Both the position numbers and the translations under genes were made by a program. Source: Candidatus Bipolaricaulota bacterium (lineage in GTDB: Bacteria > Bipolaricaulota > Bipolaricaulia > Bipolaricaulales > Bipolaricaulaceae). Taken from it: a DNA stretch of 32,000 nucleotides. The notes below the pieces were generated by a model that did not search any database, was not told the origin of the DNA, and was given only the letters and a program-made list of their open reading frames with translations. Location: positions 459,628 to 491,627 of the forward strand of contig JANXBT010000001.1 of assembly GCA_025060415.1 (NCBI GenBank), given 5' to 3'. Below are positions 1 to 9,360 of the stretch, one piece after another; position 1 is the stretch's first letter, and every line of letters begins with the position of its first letter.

Positions 1-324
1 ACGCTGGAGGAGGGCGGGCGGCGGGTGACCCTGCGCCGCGCCCCCCACGCGCCCGCGCCCGCCGCGCCCCCGCCGCCCGTGGCCGGGATCGTGGTGCGCT
101 CGCCCGTGGTGGGCACGTTCTGGCTCCGCCCCGCGCCCGGGGAACCCCCGTTCGTGAAGGTCGGGGACCTCGTCCAGCCCGGCCAAGTCCTGTGCATCGT
201 GGAGGCCATGAAGGTCATGAACGAGATCCGGGCGGAGACCGCGGGCGTGGTGGAGGAGATCCTGGTGGCGGAGGGCGATCCCGTGGAGTACGGGCAGCCC
301 CTGTTCCGCCTGCGCCCGGCGTAG
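1..324 (+). CDS. accB: Biotin carboxyl carrier protein of acetyl-CoA carboxylase, 5' end outside window
   Basis: Reading frame open to window edge (TLEEGGRRVTLRRAP...), biotinylation motif VEAMKVMNE; immediately followed by accC. Confidence 0.9.
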   Translation, partial: TLEEGGRRVTLRRAPHAPAPAAPPPPVAGIVVRSPVVGTFWLRPAPGEPPFVKVGDLVQPGQVLCIVEAMKVMNEIRAETAGVVEEILVAEGDPVEYGQPLFRLRPA

Positions 325-1662
<1,338 letters not shown>

Positions 1663-1671
1663 ACTGGCCCC

Positions 1672-2964
1672 GTGTTCGAGTCCCTAAGCGAGCGCCTGGG
1701 CCAGATCTTCCAGAGGCTGCGGGGCAAGGGCCTGCTCACCCCGGCCGACGTGGACCAGGGCCTCAAGGAGATCCGCGCCGCCCTCCTGGCCGCCGACGTG
1801 CACGTGGAGGTGGTCAAGGAGCTGTTGGCGCGGGTGCGGGAGCGGGCGGTGGGGGAGCGCCTGGTGGAGTCCCTCTCCCCGGCCCAGCAGCTCCTGCTCA
1901 TCGTGCGCCAGGAGATGGCGCGGGTCATGGGGGGGGAGGCCCAGAAGCTTCGACTTTCCGGGCGGCCGGCGGTGGTGGTCCTGGTGGGCCCAGCCGGCTC
2001 CGGCAAGACCACCACTGCGGCCAAGCTCGGCCGGCACCTGGCGCGGAAGGGGCGGCGGCCCCTCCTGGTCTCCGCGGACCCCGAGCGGCCCGCGGCCGCC
2101 GAGCAGCTGGCCGCCTTGGCCCAGCGCCTGGGCCTGCCCTGGGCCTCCGCGGATCAGGACCCCCTGGCCCAAGTGCCCCAGGTCCTGGCGCGGGCCCGGA
2201 GGGAGGTGCAGGACGTGGTGATCCTGGACACGCCGGGGGTCCCGCCGGGCTCCCCCCCGCCGCCCTTCCTTGTGGAGCTCCTCCCCCGCCTCCAGGCCAG
2301 CGACGTGCTGCTCGTGTTGGACGCGCTGGTGGGCCAGGAGGCCCTGCGCGTGGCCGAGGCCTTCCGGCCCCTGGGGCTCACGGGGATCGTGCTCACCAAG
2401 CTGGACGGCGACGCGCGGGGCGGCGCGGCCCTCTCCCTCCCCTCGCGCCTGGGGCAGCCCATCCTCTTTGTGGGGGTGGGCGAGCGGCCCGAGGACCTCG
2501 AGCCCTTCCATCCCGAGCGCATGGCCGACCGCATCCTCGGGCTGGGCGACCTCTCCGGCCTTGTGGAGAAGCTGCAGGAGGCGGGGGCGGCGGAGCGGGC
2601 CGCCAAGGCCCTCAAGGGGGAGGAGTTCACCCTGGAGGACTTCCTGGCCCAGCTGGAGGCCGTGCGGCGGGCCGGTCCCCTGGGCCAGCTCTTGGCCCGC
2701 CTGCCCGGCCTGGCCCGCCCCGCGGAGGACGAGCTCGAGCGGGAGTTCAAGAAGATGAAGGCCATCATCCAATCCATGACCGTTGAGGAGCGGCGCAACC
2801 CCCATATAATCGGGGCCAGCCGCAAACGGCGGATCGCGCGCGGCTCAGGCACCACGGTCCAGGACGTGAACCGCCTCCTGGCCGAGTACGAGCAGGCCAA
2901 AAAGCTCCTGCGGGAGCTGGGCCGGCGGAGGTTCCCCGGCGGAAAACTGCCGTTCCCGAGGTGA
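1672..2964 (+). CDS. ffh: Signal recognition particle protein Ffh (NG GTPase domain + M domain)
   Basis: P-loop GPAGSGKTTTAAKL, TKLDGDARGGAALS, M-domain MKAIIQSMTVEERRNPHIIGASRKRRIARGSGTTVQDVNRLL. Confidence 0.93.
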   Translation: MFESLSERLGQIFQRLRGKGLLTPADVDQGLKEIRAALLAADVHVEVVKELLARVRERAVGERLVESLSPAQQLLLIVRQEMARVMGGEAQKLRLSGRPAVVVLVGPAGSGKTTTAAKLGRHLARKGRRPLLVSADPERPAAAEQLAALAQRLGLPWASADQDPLAQVPQVLARARREVQDVVILDTPGVPPGSPPPPFLVELLPRLQASDVLLVLDALVGQEALRVAEAFRPLGLTGIVLTKLDGDARGGAALSLPSRLGQPILFVGVGERPEDLEPFHPERMADRILGLGDLSGLVEKLQEAGAAERAAKALKGEEFTLEDFLAQLEAVRRAGPLGQLLARLPGLARPAEDELEREFKKMKAIIQSMTVEERRNPHIIGASRKRRIARGSGTTVQDVNRLLAEYEQAKKLLRELGRRRFPGGKLPFPR

Positions 2965-2968
2965 TGCT

Positions 2969-3274
2969 ATGGCGTTGAAGATCAGGCTCATGCGCGTGGG
3001 GAAAAAGAAGCAGCCCCACTACCGCCTTGTGGTGGTGGAGGAGGCCTCCAAGCGCGACGGCGCGGTGGTGGAGGTGATCGGCCACTACCACCCCCTGCAG
3101 GAGGTGGACGACCTCACGGTGGATGTGGAGCGGGCCCTGGCCTGGCTGGCCCAGGGCGCCCAACCCACGGAGGCCGCGCGCCGCCTCCTCTCCCGGGCGG
3201 GCGTCCTACGGCTGTGGCACGAGCGCCGGTTTGGGCCCAAAGGTGCTCCTGGAGCTGAGCCGGTATCTTCTTAG
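2969..3274 (+). CDS. rpsP: 30S ribosomal protein S16
   Basis: MALKIRLMRVGKKKQPHYRLVVVEEASKRDG...EVIGHYHPL; follows ffh. Confidence 0.95.
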   Translation: MALKIRLMRVGKKKQPHYRLVVVEEASKRDGAVVEVIGHYHPLQEVDDLTVDVERALAWLAQGAQPTEAARRLLSRAGVLRLWHERRFGPKGAPGAEPVSS

Positions 3275-3464
3275 GGCCGTCGTCTCCCGCCCCACGGAGA
3301 TCCGGGTGGACCACATCCACGCCGGTGGGGTGGATTTCCTGTTCCTTGCGGTGGCCAAGCCCGACCAGAAGGCCCTCAACGCGCGGGACAAGGAGGCCCT
3401 CGTCCTGGTGCTCGAGCGCATCGGGAAGAAGCTGGGCCGGGAGGTCATCGCGGACTGGAAATGA
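3243..3464 (+). CDS. KhpA-like (YlqC family) small RNA-binding protein, divergent KH domain
   Basis: In-frame GTG at 3243 overlapping the rpsP 3' end; VLLELSRYLLRAVVSRPTEIRV...; position between rpsP and trmD. Start codon uncertain (ORF open from 3123). Confidence 0.6.
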   Translation: MLLELSRYLLRAVVSRPTEIRVDHIHAGGVDFLFLAVAKPDQKALNARDKEALVLVLERIGKKLGREVIADWK

Positions 3465-4165
3465 GGTTCGACATCGTCACCCTCTTCCCCGAGATGCTCC
3501 GCCCCTTCTTCGCCCAGGGCATCCTCCTTGGGGCCCAGGAGAAGGGGCTGATCGAGATCCACCTCCATGACCTGCGCGCCTTCGCCCCGGATCCCCGGGG
3601 GATCGTGGACGACCGGCCCTTCGGGGGCGGGGCGGGTATGGTCATGCGGCCCGAGCCCTTCGCCCGCGCCGTGGAGGCCCTCGCCCAGGAGATCCGAACG
3701 AAGCCCTTTGTGGTCCTCCTTTCCGCCCAAGGGGTCCTCTTTACCCAGGCCTGGGCCAAGCGGTTCGCCCGGGAGCGGGCGCTCGTGCTCCTGTGCGGCC
3801 GCTACGAGGGCGTGGACGAGCGCGTCCTCTCCTTCTGCGACCTGGAGCTCTCCATTGGGGATTATGTGCTCGCGGGCGGGGAGCTGGCCGCGGCCATCGT
3901 GGTGGAGGCCACGGCCCGCATGGTCCCGGGCGTGGTGGGCCGCTACGACTCCGTGGCCACCGACTCCTTCTTCTCCGGGCCGCGCCTGGGCTTCCCCCAG
4001 TACACCCGGCCCCGCCTCTTCCGCGGCCTCCCCGTGCCCGATGTGCTTCTCTCCGGCGACCACGCGCGCATCCGGCGCTTCCGGGAAAAGGAGGCCTGGA
4101 AGAAGACCCTGCGCCACCGCCCCGACCTCCTGGGCCTCCGCCTCCCCCCGGCCGGGGAGCCCTAG
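3461..4165 (+). CDS. trmD: tRNA (guanine-N1-)-methyltransferase TrmD
   Basis: MRFDIVTLFPEML..., LLCGRYEGVDERV, LSIGDYVLAGGELAA, LLSGDHARIRRFREKEAWKKTLRHRPDLL. Confidence 0.95.
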   Translation: MRFDIVTLFPEMLRPFFAQGILLGAQEKGLIEIHLHDLRAFAPDPRGIVDDRPFGGGAGMVMRPEPFARAVEALAQEIRTKPFVVLLSAQGVLFTQAWAKRFARERALVLLCGRYEGVDERVLSFCDLELSIGDYVLAGGELAAAIVVEATARMVPGVVGRYDSVATDSFFSGPRLGFPQYTRPRLFRGLPVPDVLLSGDHARIRRFREKEAWKKTLRHRPDLLGLRLPPAGEP

Positions 4166-4167
4166 GC

Positions 4168-4905
4168 TCAGGGCGCCTGAAGCCAGCGCACCCAGGCGGC
4201 CAGCTTGGGGTAGTGCGTGCCCGGCCAAAAGAGCCCGCCGCAGGAGGGGCACTCCAGGTACGCCGTGCACCAGGCGGCCACCCGCGGCGGGGCCCGGCGC
4301 TTCCCCTCCTCCGGAGGAAGGGGGCGCAGGACCCCGTTGCACCGCAGGCAGCGGGTGAAGGGCGCGATCCTCCCCGCGAGGTCGAAGCGGCGCACCACCT
4401 CCCGCGCCTGCTCCAGGGGCACCGTGGACCGCACCCAGTAGCCGTGGGTCACCGCCCCGTGCTTCAAAAGCTCGCGGTCGCGGGTGAGGAGGATCCGGCC
4501 CTCCCGGGCCAAGGCCACGAGCTCCTCGTCGGAAATGTTGGGGGAGTGCACGGTGTCGAAGCCCAGAAGGCGGAGGAGGCGCGCGAGCTTTCCCAGGTGG
4601 GCGTCGGCGGCGAAGGCGAGGCGCCGGAGGGGCTCCGGCCGCACCTTCAGGATCGGGCTCACATCCAGGCTCTCGAACACCGGGTACACGGCCACTCGGT
4701 CCCCGTCCCGCAGGCGATAGCTGAAGTCCACGGATTCCCCGTCCACCACGATGAGCTCCACCTCCACGTGGGGGACGCCCAGGGCCTCGATGGCCTCCTT
4801 CACCGTAGGCTCGCCCTGGAAGGCGTACGTGAGGGTGCGGCCGCGCGCCTCGGGCGGCAAAAAGTCGTTGAGCTCCGCGTAGAACCGGAAGAACGCCTGC
4901 TTCAC
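4168..4905 (-). CDS. Mut7-C RNase (PIN-like) domain protein with N-terminal ubiquitin-like Mut7-C domain and zinc-ribbon cysteines
   Basis: FAADAHLGKLARLLRLLGFDT, ILLTRDRELL, CLRCNG...CPSCGG; N-terminal beta-grasp-like segment. Confidence 0.8.
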   Translation of the reverse strand: MKQAFFRFYAELNDFLPPEARGRTLTYAFQGEPTVKEAIEALGVPHVEVELIVVDGESVDFSYRLRDGDRVAVYPVFESLDVSPILKVRPEPLRRLAFAADAHLGKLARLLRLLGFDTVHSPNISDEELVALAREGRILLTRDRELLKHGAVTHGYWVRSTVPLEQAREVVRRFDLAGRIAPFTRCLRCNGVLRPLPPEEGKRRAPPRVAAWCTAYLECPSCGGLFWPGTHYPKLAAWVRWLQAP

Positions 4906-5285
4906 GTCAGGCGGAAGATGGCCTTGGCCCGGGCCAGGTCATCCACGGTGAATACAAGCACGTTTTTCTCCACGGCGAAATAGCAGGAAAGGACGTTGAT
5001 GCCGTCGCGGGCCAGCCGATCTAGGACGCTGGCCAACTGCCCGGGCTGGTGGGGGAGGCTTAGGCTCAACGCCTCCCGTTCCTCGTAGTCCACGCCTAGC
5101 CTCTTCAGGACCTTGCGGGTCCGGTCCGGGGCATCCGTGATCATGGACACCACGGCTTCGTCCAGCACGGTGAGGGCGGCGATGGCCTCGATGTTCACCC
5201 GCTCCTCGGCCAGGGCCGCGGCCACCTCCAAAAGCGCGCCGGGCTTGTTCCCCAAAAAGAAAGTGAACTCCTGCATGCCCATCAC
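4902..5285 (-). CDS. Tandem ACT-domain protein
   Basis: FFLGNKPGALLEVAAALAEERVNIEAI... and LPHQPGQLASVLDRLARDGINVLSCY. Confidence 0.8.
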   Translation of the reverse strand: MMGMQEFTFFLGNKPGALLEVAAALAEERVNIEAIAALTVLDEAVVSMITDAPDRTRKVLKRLGVDYEEREALSLSLPHQPGQLASVLDRLARDGINVLSCYFAVEKNVLVFTVDDLARAKAIFRLT

Positions 5286-5294
5286 CCCCGAGAA

Positions 5295-5708
5295 TTATCG
5301 TACCCGTTCCAACCAAGCTTGAAGGATGAGGACGGCGGAGAGGGCGTCCGCTTTGCCCTTCCGTTTGCGCCAAGGGAGGCCGGCCTCGCGCAGAACCCGC
5401 ACCGCCTCCTCCGTGGTCCAGCGCTCGTCCACGAAGTGGAGGGGGAGCTGCGCCTCCTTGGCCAGGGCCTCCGCAAACGCCCGCACCCTCCGGGCCTGCT
5501 CCCCCTCGGTCCCGTCCATGTTCAGGGGTAGCCCCACGACCAGGGCCTCGGCGCCCAGCTGGCGGGCGAGCTCCGCCAGCGCGCGCACGTCCTTTTCCCA
5601 GTCCGTGCGCACGTAGACCCCGTGGGGGACGGCCAGGGTGCCGGTCGCGTCGGTGCGGGCCAGGCCCACCCGCCGCTCGCCCACGTCCAGGGCCAACGCG
5701 CGCCTCAT
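5295..5708 (-). CDS. ruvX: Putative pre-16S rRNA nuclease / Holliday junction resolvase-like YqgF/RuvX
   Basis: MRRALALDVGERRVGLARTD...ALVVGLPLNMDGTEGEQARRVRAFA...FVDERWTTEEA; track ORF starts earlier (5768) but homology begins at the Met ending at 5708. Confidence 0.88.
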   Translation of the reverse strand: MRRALALDVGERRVGLARTDATGTLAVPHGVYVRTDWEKDVRALAELARQLGAEALVVGLPLNMDGTEGEQARRVRAFAEALAKEAQLPLHFVDERWTTEEAVRVLREAGLPWRKRKGKADALSAVLILQAWLERVR

Positions 5709-6292
5709 GATCCGGCGAGGAGGGCCAGGGCCCGCCGGAGCATCTCCTCCACCGGGGCCTCCGGGCACTCCTGCCGCACGAGCTCCAGGGCCCTGCGGGC
5801 CTCCTCGGGCCTAAAGCCCAGCGCCTTGGAGGTGAGGGCCTGGAGGACGATTTTTTCCTTTTCCGTTTCGGGCGGGGCGGCCGGGGGCGCCCAGCGCTGG
5901 GCCCGCTCGGAGAGCTCCAGCAGCACGCGCTGGGCCGTACGGCGGCCGATCCCCTTCACCGCGTCCAGCGCGGAGAGGTCGCCCCGGCGGATGGCGGCCA
6001 CCAGCTCCGCCGGCGGCAGGGCCGCAACGAGCTTGAAGGCCAACCGCGGCCCCACCTGCGGCACGGAGAGCAGGGCCACGAACATCTCCCGCTCCTCGGG
6101 CGTGGCGAACCCGTAGAGGGAGAACTCGTCCTCCTGGAACAGGAGGTGGGTGTGGAGGCGCAGTTCCTGGCCGGGTTTTAGACCCTCCAGGGTGCGCGGC
6201 GGGACGAAGAGGCGAAAACCGAGCCCGCCCACGGCGAGGACCACCGTCTCCTTGTCCTTTTCCACGACCCGACCCGTCAGGAAGTCGATCAC
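5705..6292 (-). CDS. ruvA: Holliday junction branch migration protein RuvA
   Basis: MIDFLTGRVVEKDKETVVLAVGGLGF..., FQEDEFSLYGF, KGIGRRTAQRVLLEL. Confidence 0.92.
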   Translation of the reverse strand: MIDFLTGRVVEKDKETVVLAVGGLGFRLFVPPRTLEGLKPGQELRLHTHLLFQEDEFSLYGFATPEEREMFVALLSVPQVGPRLAFKLVAALPPAELVAAIRRGDLSALDAVKGIGRRTAQRVLLELSERAQRWAPPAAPPETEKEKIVLQALTSKALGFRPEEARRALELVRQECPEAPVEEMLRRALALLAGS

Positions 6293-7074
6293 GGCTCCCC
6301 CACGTCCAGCGGGGGCTCGCTCCGGCCCAGCGCGGCGATCTCGGAGAACGCGCGCTCCACGGCGTCCCTGGGGCCGGAAAGGAGGAGGACCACGGCCCCC
6401 CTACCCCGGCCCACCCCGCCCCCGCCGATGTGCTCCGCCCGCACCCCATACAGGAGGGACACGGCTTCCGTCTCCGTGACCACCGTGCCGAGGAGGGGGA
6501 TCACCCCGATTTTGGGGCCCGCGCAGCACACTAGCCGCCCCGCGCCCAGCCGTTGGGCGAGGGCCACGACCGAGGTGTGCACGGCCTTGCTGCGGGAAAT
6601 GGGGATCACCACCTCCACGCCCCTGGCCAGCGCCGGGGCCAGGAACTTGCCCACCGTGCCGCCGTCCCCTCCCGCCACGTACACCCCCACGACCCCCTGG
6701 GGGTCGAGGAGGTTGCCGCCCTTGATCACCACGTCGCCCGGCCCGAGGCGGGCCAGGACCTCCGGCCAGGCCAGCTCCCGCGGCTCGCCCCGCTCCAGCA
6801 CCACCATGGGCTCCCGCGCCGCGGGGGGCAGCACCCCCAACTCCGCGGCGAGGTACCCCGCCACGTACCGCCCTTTAGGGATGGGGCGGCCCAAAAGCTC
6901 CTCCAGCACGTAGGCGTTGGTGGTGCCCCAGCCCACCACGAGGAGGCCGTCCCGCTGGGCCCGCTGGACCTGGGGGAGGCGGGCCACCGCCCGACCGATC
7001 AGGCGTTTCCCGGCCTCCGCCGGCACGACCACCACCCCTTGGGCCTCTGCTTCTGGCATTCCCGGGATGTCCAT
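6289..7074 (-). CDS. Conserved-looking hypothetical protein, unknown function
   Basis: Long ORF overlapping ruvA start by 4 nt, glycine-rich motifs GDVVIKGGNLLDP, YVAGGDGGTVGKF, and a promoter-like element upstream. Confidence 0.75.
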   Translation of the reverse strand: MDIPGMPEAEAQGVVVVPAEAGKRLIGRAVARLPQVQRAQRDGLLVVGWGTTNAYVLEELLGRPIPKGRYVAGYLAAELGVLPPAAREPMVVLERGEPRELAWPEVLARLGPGDVVIKGGNLLDPQGVVGVYVAGGDGGTVGKFLAPALARGVEVVIPISRSKAVHTSVVALAQRLGAGRLVCCAGPKIGVIPLLGTVVTETEAVSLLYGVRAEHIGGGGVGRGRGAVVLLLSGPRDAVERAFSEIAALGRSEPPLDVGEP

Positions 7075-7080
7075 GCTATA

Positions 7081-7109
7081 ACCCTAGCGGCAAAACCCCC
7101 CGAAGACAA
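7081..7109 (-). promoter_or_regulatory. Candidate sigma70-type promoter for the 6289..7074 gene
   Basis: Minus strand TTGTCT (7104..7109) - 17 nt - TAGGGT (7081..7086), 6 nt before ATG. Confidence 0.45.
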
Positions 7110-7119
7110 AGGAGGGCCG

Positions 7120-8748
7120 ATGCCGTTCACGCGGGAGCAGTACGAGCGGGAGCGCAGGGAATTCCGGTGGGACATCCCCGAGAACTACAACATCGCGGCG
7201 GTGGTGGACGCCCACGCCCAAAGGAAGGGCGATCAGCCGTGCATCCTTTGGGAGTCGGAGACGGGCGAGCGCCGCACCCTCACCTGGCGGCAGCTTTCCC
7301 AGCTGTCCGCGCGGTTCGCCGCCGTGCTCATGCGCCTGGGCGTGCGGAAGGGCGACCCCGTGCTGCACATCTTTCCCCGGCTTCCCGAGGCCTTCATCGC
7401 CCAGATCGGCACGTTCAAGGCTGGGGCGGTGGCCGTGCCCTGTGTGGACATGCTGCGGGCCAAGGACATCATCTACCGGGCCGAGGTGTCCGGGGCCCGG
7501 GTGGTGGTGGCCCACGTGTCCGTGGCGGAGGAGGTGGACGCCGCCCGCGGCCAATGCCCCTTAGAGCACTTCCTCCTCATCGGCGGCCGGCGCCCCGGTT
7601 GGCTCTCCTTCGAGGAGGAGATCGAAAAGGCCCCGGAGGTCCCGCCGGTCCCCCTCACCGCGCACGACCCCATCACCATCAACTTCACCTCCGGCACCAC
7701 CGGGAACCCTAAGCCCGTGATGCACCGCCACCGCTGGCTCTACGGGCACCTGCGCGTCACCGCCCGCTACTGGTGGGACCTCTCCCCGGACGACCTCATG
7801 TGGGCCACCACCGCGCCCGGCTGGGCCAAGTGGTACTGGTCGCCCATCGGCGTGGGCCTCAACGTGGGCGTCACCCAGTTCATCTACTACGGCCGGTTCG
7901 AGGCCGAAAAATACCTGGAGCTCCTCGCGCGCTACCCCATCACCAAGCTCTGCGCCACGCCCACGGAGTACCGCATGATGATCCAGGTGCCCGATCTGGG
8001 CCGCTATAAGCTCCGGCTGCGGGACGCCCTCTCCGCGGGTGAGCCCCTCAACGTTGAGCCCATCGAGGTGTTCCGGGAGGTGTTCGGCGTGACCATCCGG
8101 GACGGCTACGGGCAGACGGAGTCCGTCTGTTTGGTGTGCAACCCGCCGGGCCTGCCCGTGAAGCCGGGCTCCATGGGCCTTCCCACCCCCGGCCCCAACG
8201 CCACCCCCATCGACGAGGAGGGGAACCCCGTGGGCCCCGGGGAGGTGGGCGAGATCGCCGTTCCGGTGGGCAACCCCGCCATCTTCGACGGCTACTGGAA
8301 GGACCCCGCGCTCACCCAGCAGGTCTTCTCCGGGAAGTGGTACCGCACCGGCGACCTCGTGCGCGTGGACGAGGACGGCTACTTCTTCTTCGAGGGGCGG
8401 GCGGACGACGTGATCAAGGCCTCCGGGTACCGCATCGGTCCGTTCGAGGTGGAGGACGCCCTCGTGTCCCATCCCGCGGTGGTGGAGGCCGCGGTGATCG
8501 GCAAGCCCCATCCCGTGCGGGGCCAGATCGTCAAGGCCTTCGTGGTCCTGGCGAAGGGGTACGCGCCCTCGGAGGAGCTGGTGAAGGAGCTCCAGGAGCA
8601 CGTGAAGCGGGTCACGGCCCCCTACAAGTACCCGCGGGAGATCGAGTTCGTGACGGAGCTTCCCAAGACGCCGAGCGGGAAGATCAAGCGGGCCGAGCTG
8701 CGCCGGCGGGAGCTGGAGAAGCTCCAGGCCGAAGGGCAGGCGCCCTAG
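7120..8748 (+). CDS. AMP-forming acyl/acetyl-CoA synthetase family protein
   Basis: ITINFTSGTTGNPKPVMH, YGQTES, YRTGDLVRVDEDGYFFFEGRADDVIKASGYRI, KTPSGKIKR; ATG at 7120 preceded by GGAGGG. Track ORF upstream extension to 6553 is antisense to 6289..7074. Confidence 0.93.
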   Translation: MPFTREQYERERREFRWDIPENYNIAAVVDAHAQRKGDQPCILWESETGERRTLTWRQLSQLSARFAAVLMRLGVRKGDPVLHIFPRLPEAFIAQIGTFKAGAVAVPCVDMLRAKDIIYRAEVSGARVVVAHVSVAEEVDAARGQCPLEHFLLIGGRRPGWLSFEEEIEKAPEVPPVPLTAHDPITINFTSGTTGNPKPVMHRHRWLYGHLRVTARYWWDLSPDDLMWATTAPGWAKWYWSPIGVGLNVGVTQFIYYGRFEAEKYLELLARYPITKLCATPTEYRMMIQVPDLGRYKLRLRDALSAGEPLNVEPIEVFREVFGVTIRDGYGQTESVCLVCNPPGLPVKPGSMGLPTPGPNATPIDEEGNPVGPGEVGEIAVPVGNPAIFDGYWKDPALTQQVFSGKWYRTGDLVRVDEDGYFFFEGRADDVIKASGYRIGPFEVEDALVSHPAVVEAAVIGKPHPVRGQIVKAFVVLAKGYAPSEELVKELQEHVKRVTAPYKYPREIEFVTELPKTPSGKIKRAELRRRELEKLQAEGQAP

Positions 8749-8755
8749 GGCGCCC

Positions 8756-9350
8756 ATGCGCGTGGAGCTCCTTTTTATCACCCCGGAGGCGGAGCGCCAC
8801 ATTGCGCGCTGCGCGCGGGTGAGCCATCGCAGCGCCGGCCGGGGCCTCGAGGATGACCGCCGCCTGATCCGCAAGCTCATCGCCTTGGGCCATGAGTCCG
8901 TGCTGGAGCACGCTTGCGCCACGTTCGAGGTCGCCGGGATCTCCCGGGCCTGCGCCAACCAGCTCACCCGCCACCGCCTGGCCAGCTTCGTGCGGGAGTC
9001 CCAGCGCCACGTCGACGCCCAAGGACACGCGCTCGTGCGCCCGCCCACCTTCTCCGAGGAGGATTGGGCGAGGGCCTGCGCGCTTTTCCACGCGGCCATG
9101 GGAACTGTATCGGCATCTCGTGGCCAAAGGCGTGCCCAAAGAGGACGCGCGGTTCGTGCTCCCCTTGGGGATCGAAACCCGTCTGGTTTGGACCGCCAAC
9201 TTCCGGGAGCTCCGCCACATCTTGCGGTTAGGCCCCGACGCGCAATGGGAGATCCGGGAGGTGGCTCGCCGCATGTGGGAACACCTTTATGCCCATGCCC
9301 CCAGTTGCTTTGAGGATCTGCGTCCCTTAGCCGAGGGCCGCGCGGCCTAA
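8756..9350 (+). CDS. thyX: Flavin-dependent thymidylate synthase ThyX, interrupted by a single-base frameshift near 9100..9102
   Basis: Frame 1: RHRLASFVRESQR (RHRx7S motif) up to ...CALFHAAM; continues in another frame as ELYRHLVAKGVPKEDARFVLPLGIETRLVWTANFRELRHILRLGPDAQWEIREVARRMWEHL to 9350. Confidence 0.88.
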
Positions 9351-9360
9351 GGAGGGCCCT

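Noticed and set aside
9095-9110. Programmed +1 frameshifting in thyX
   Set aside because: No slippery run, rare-codon or stop context like prfB and no evident stimulator; indel or sequence error is more likely.
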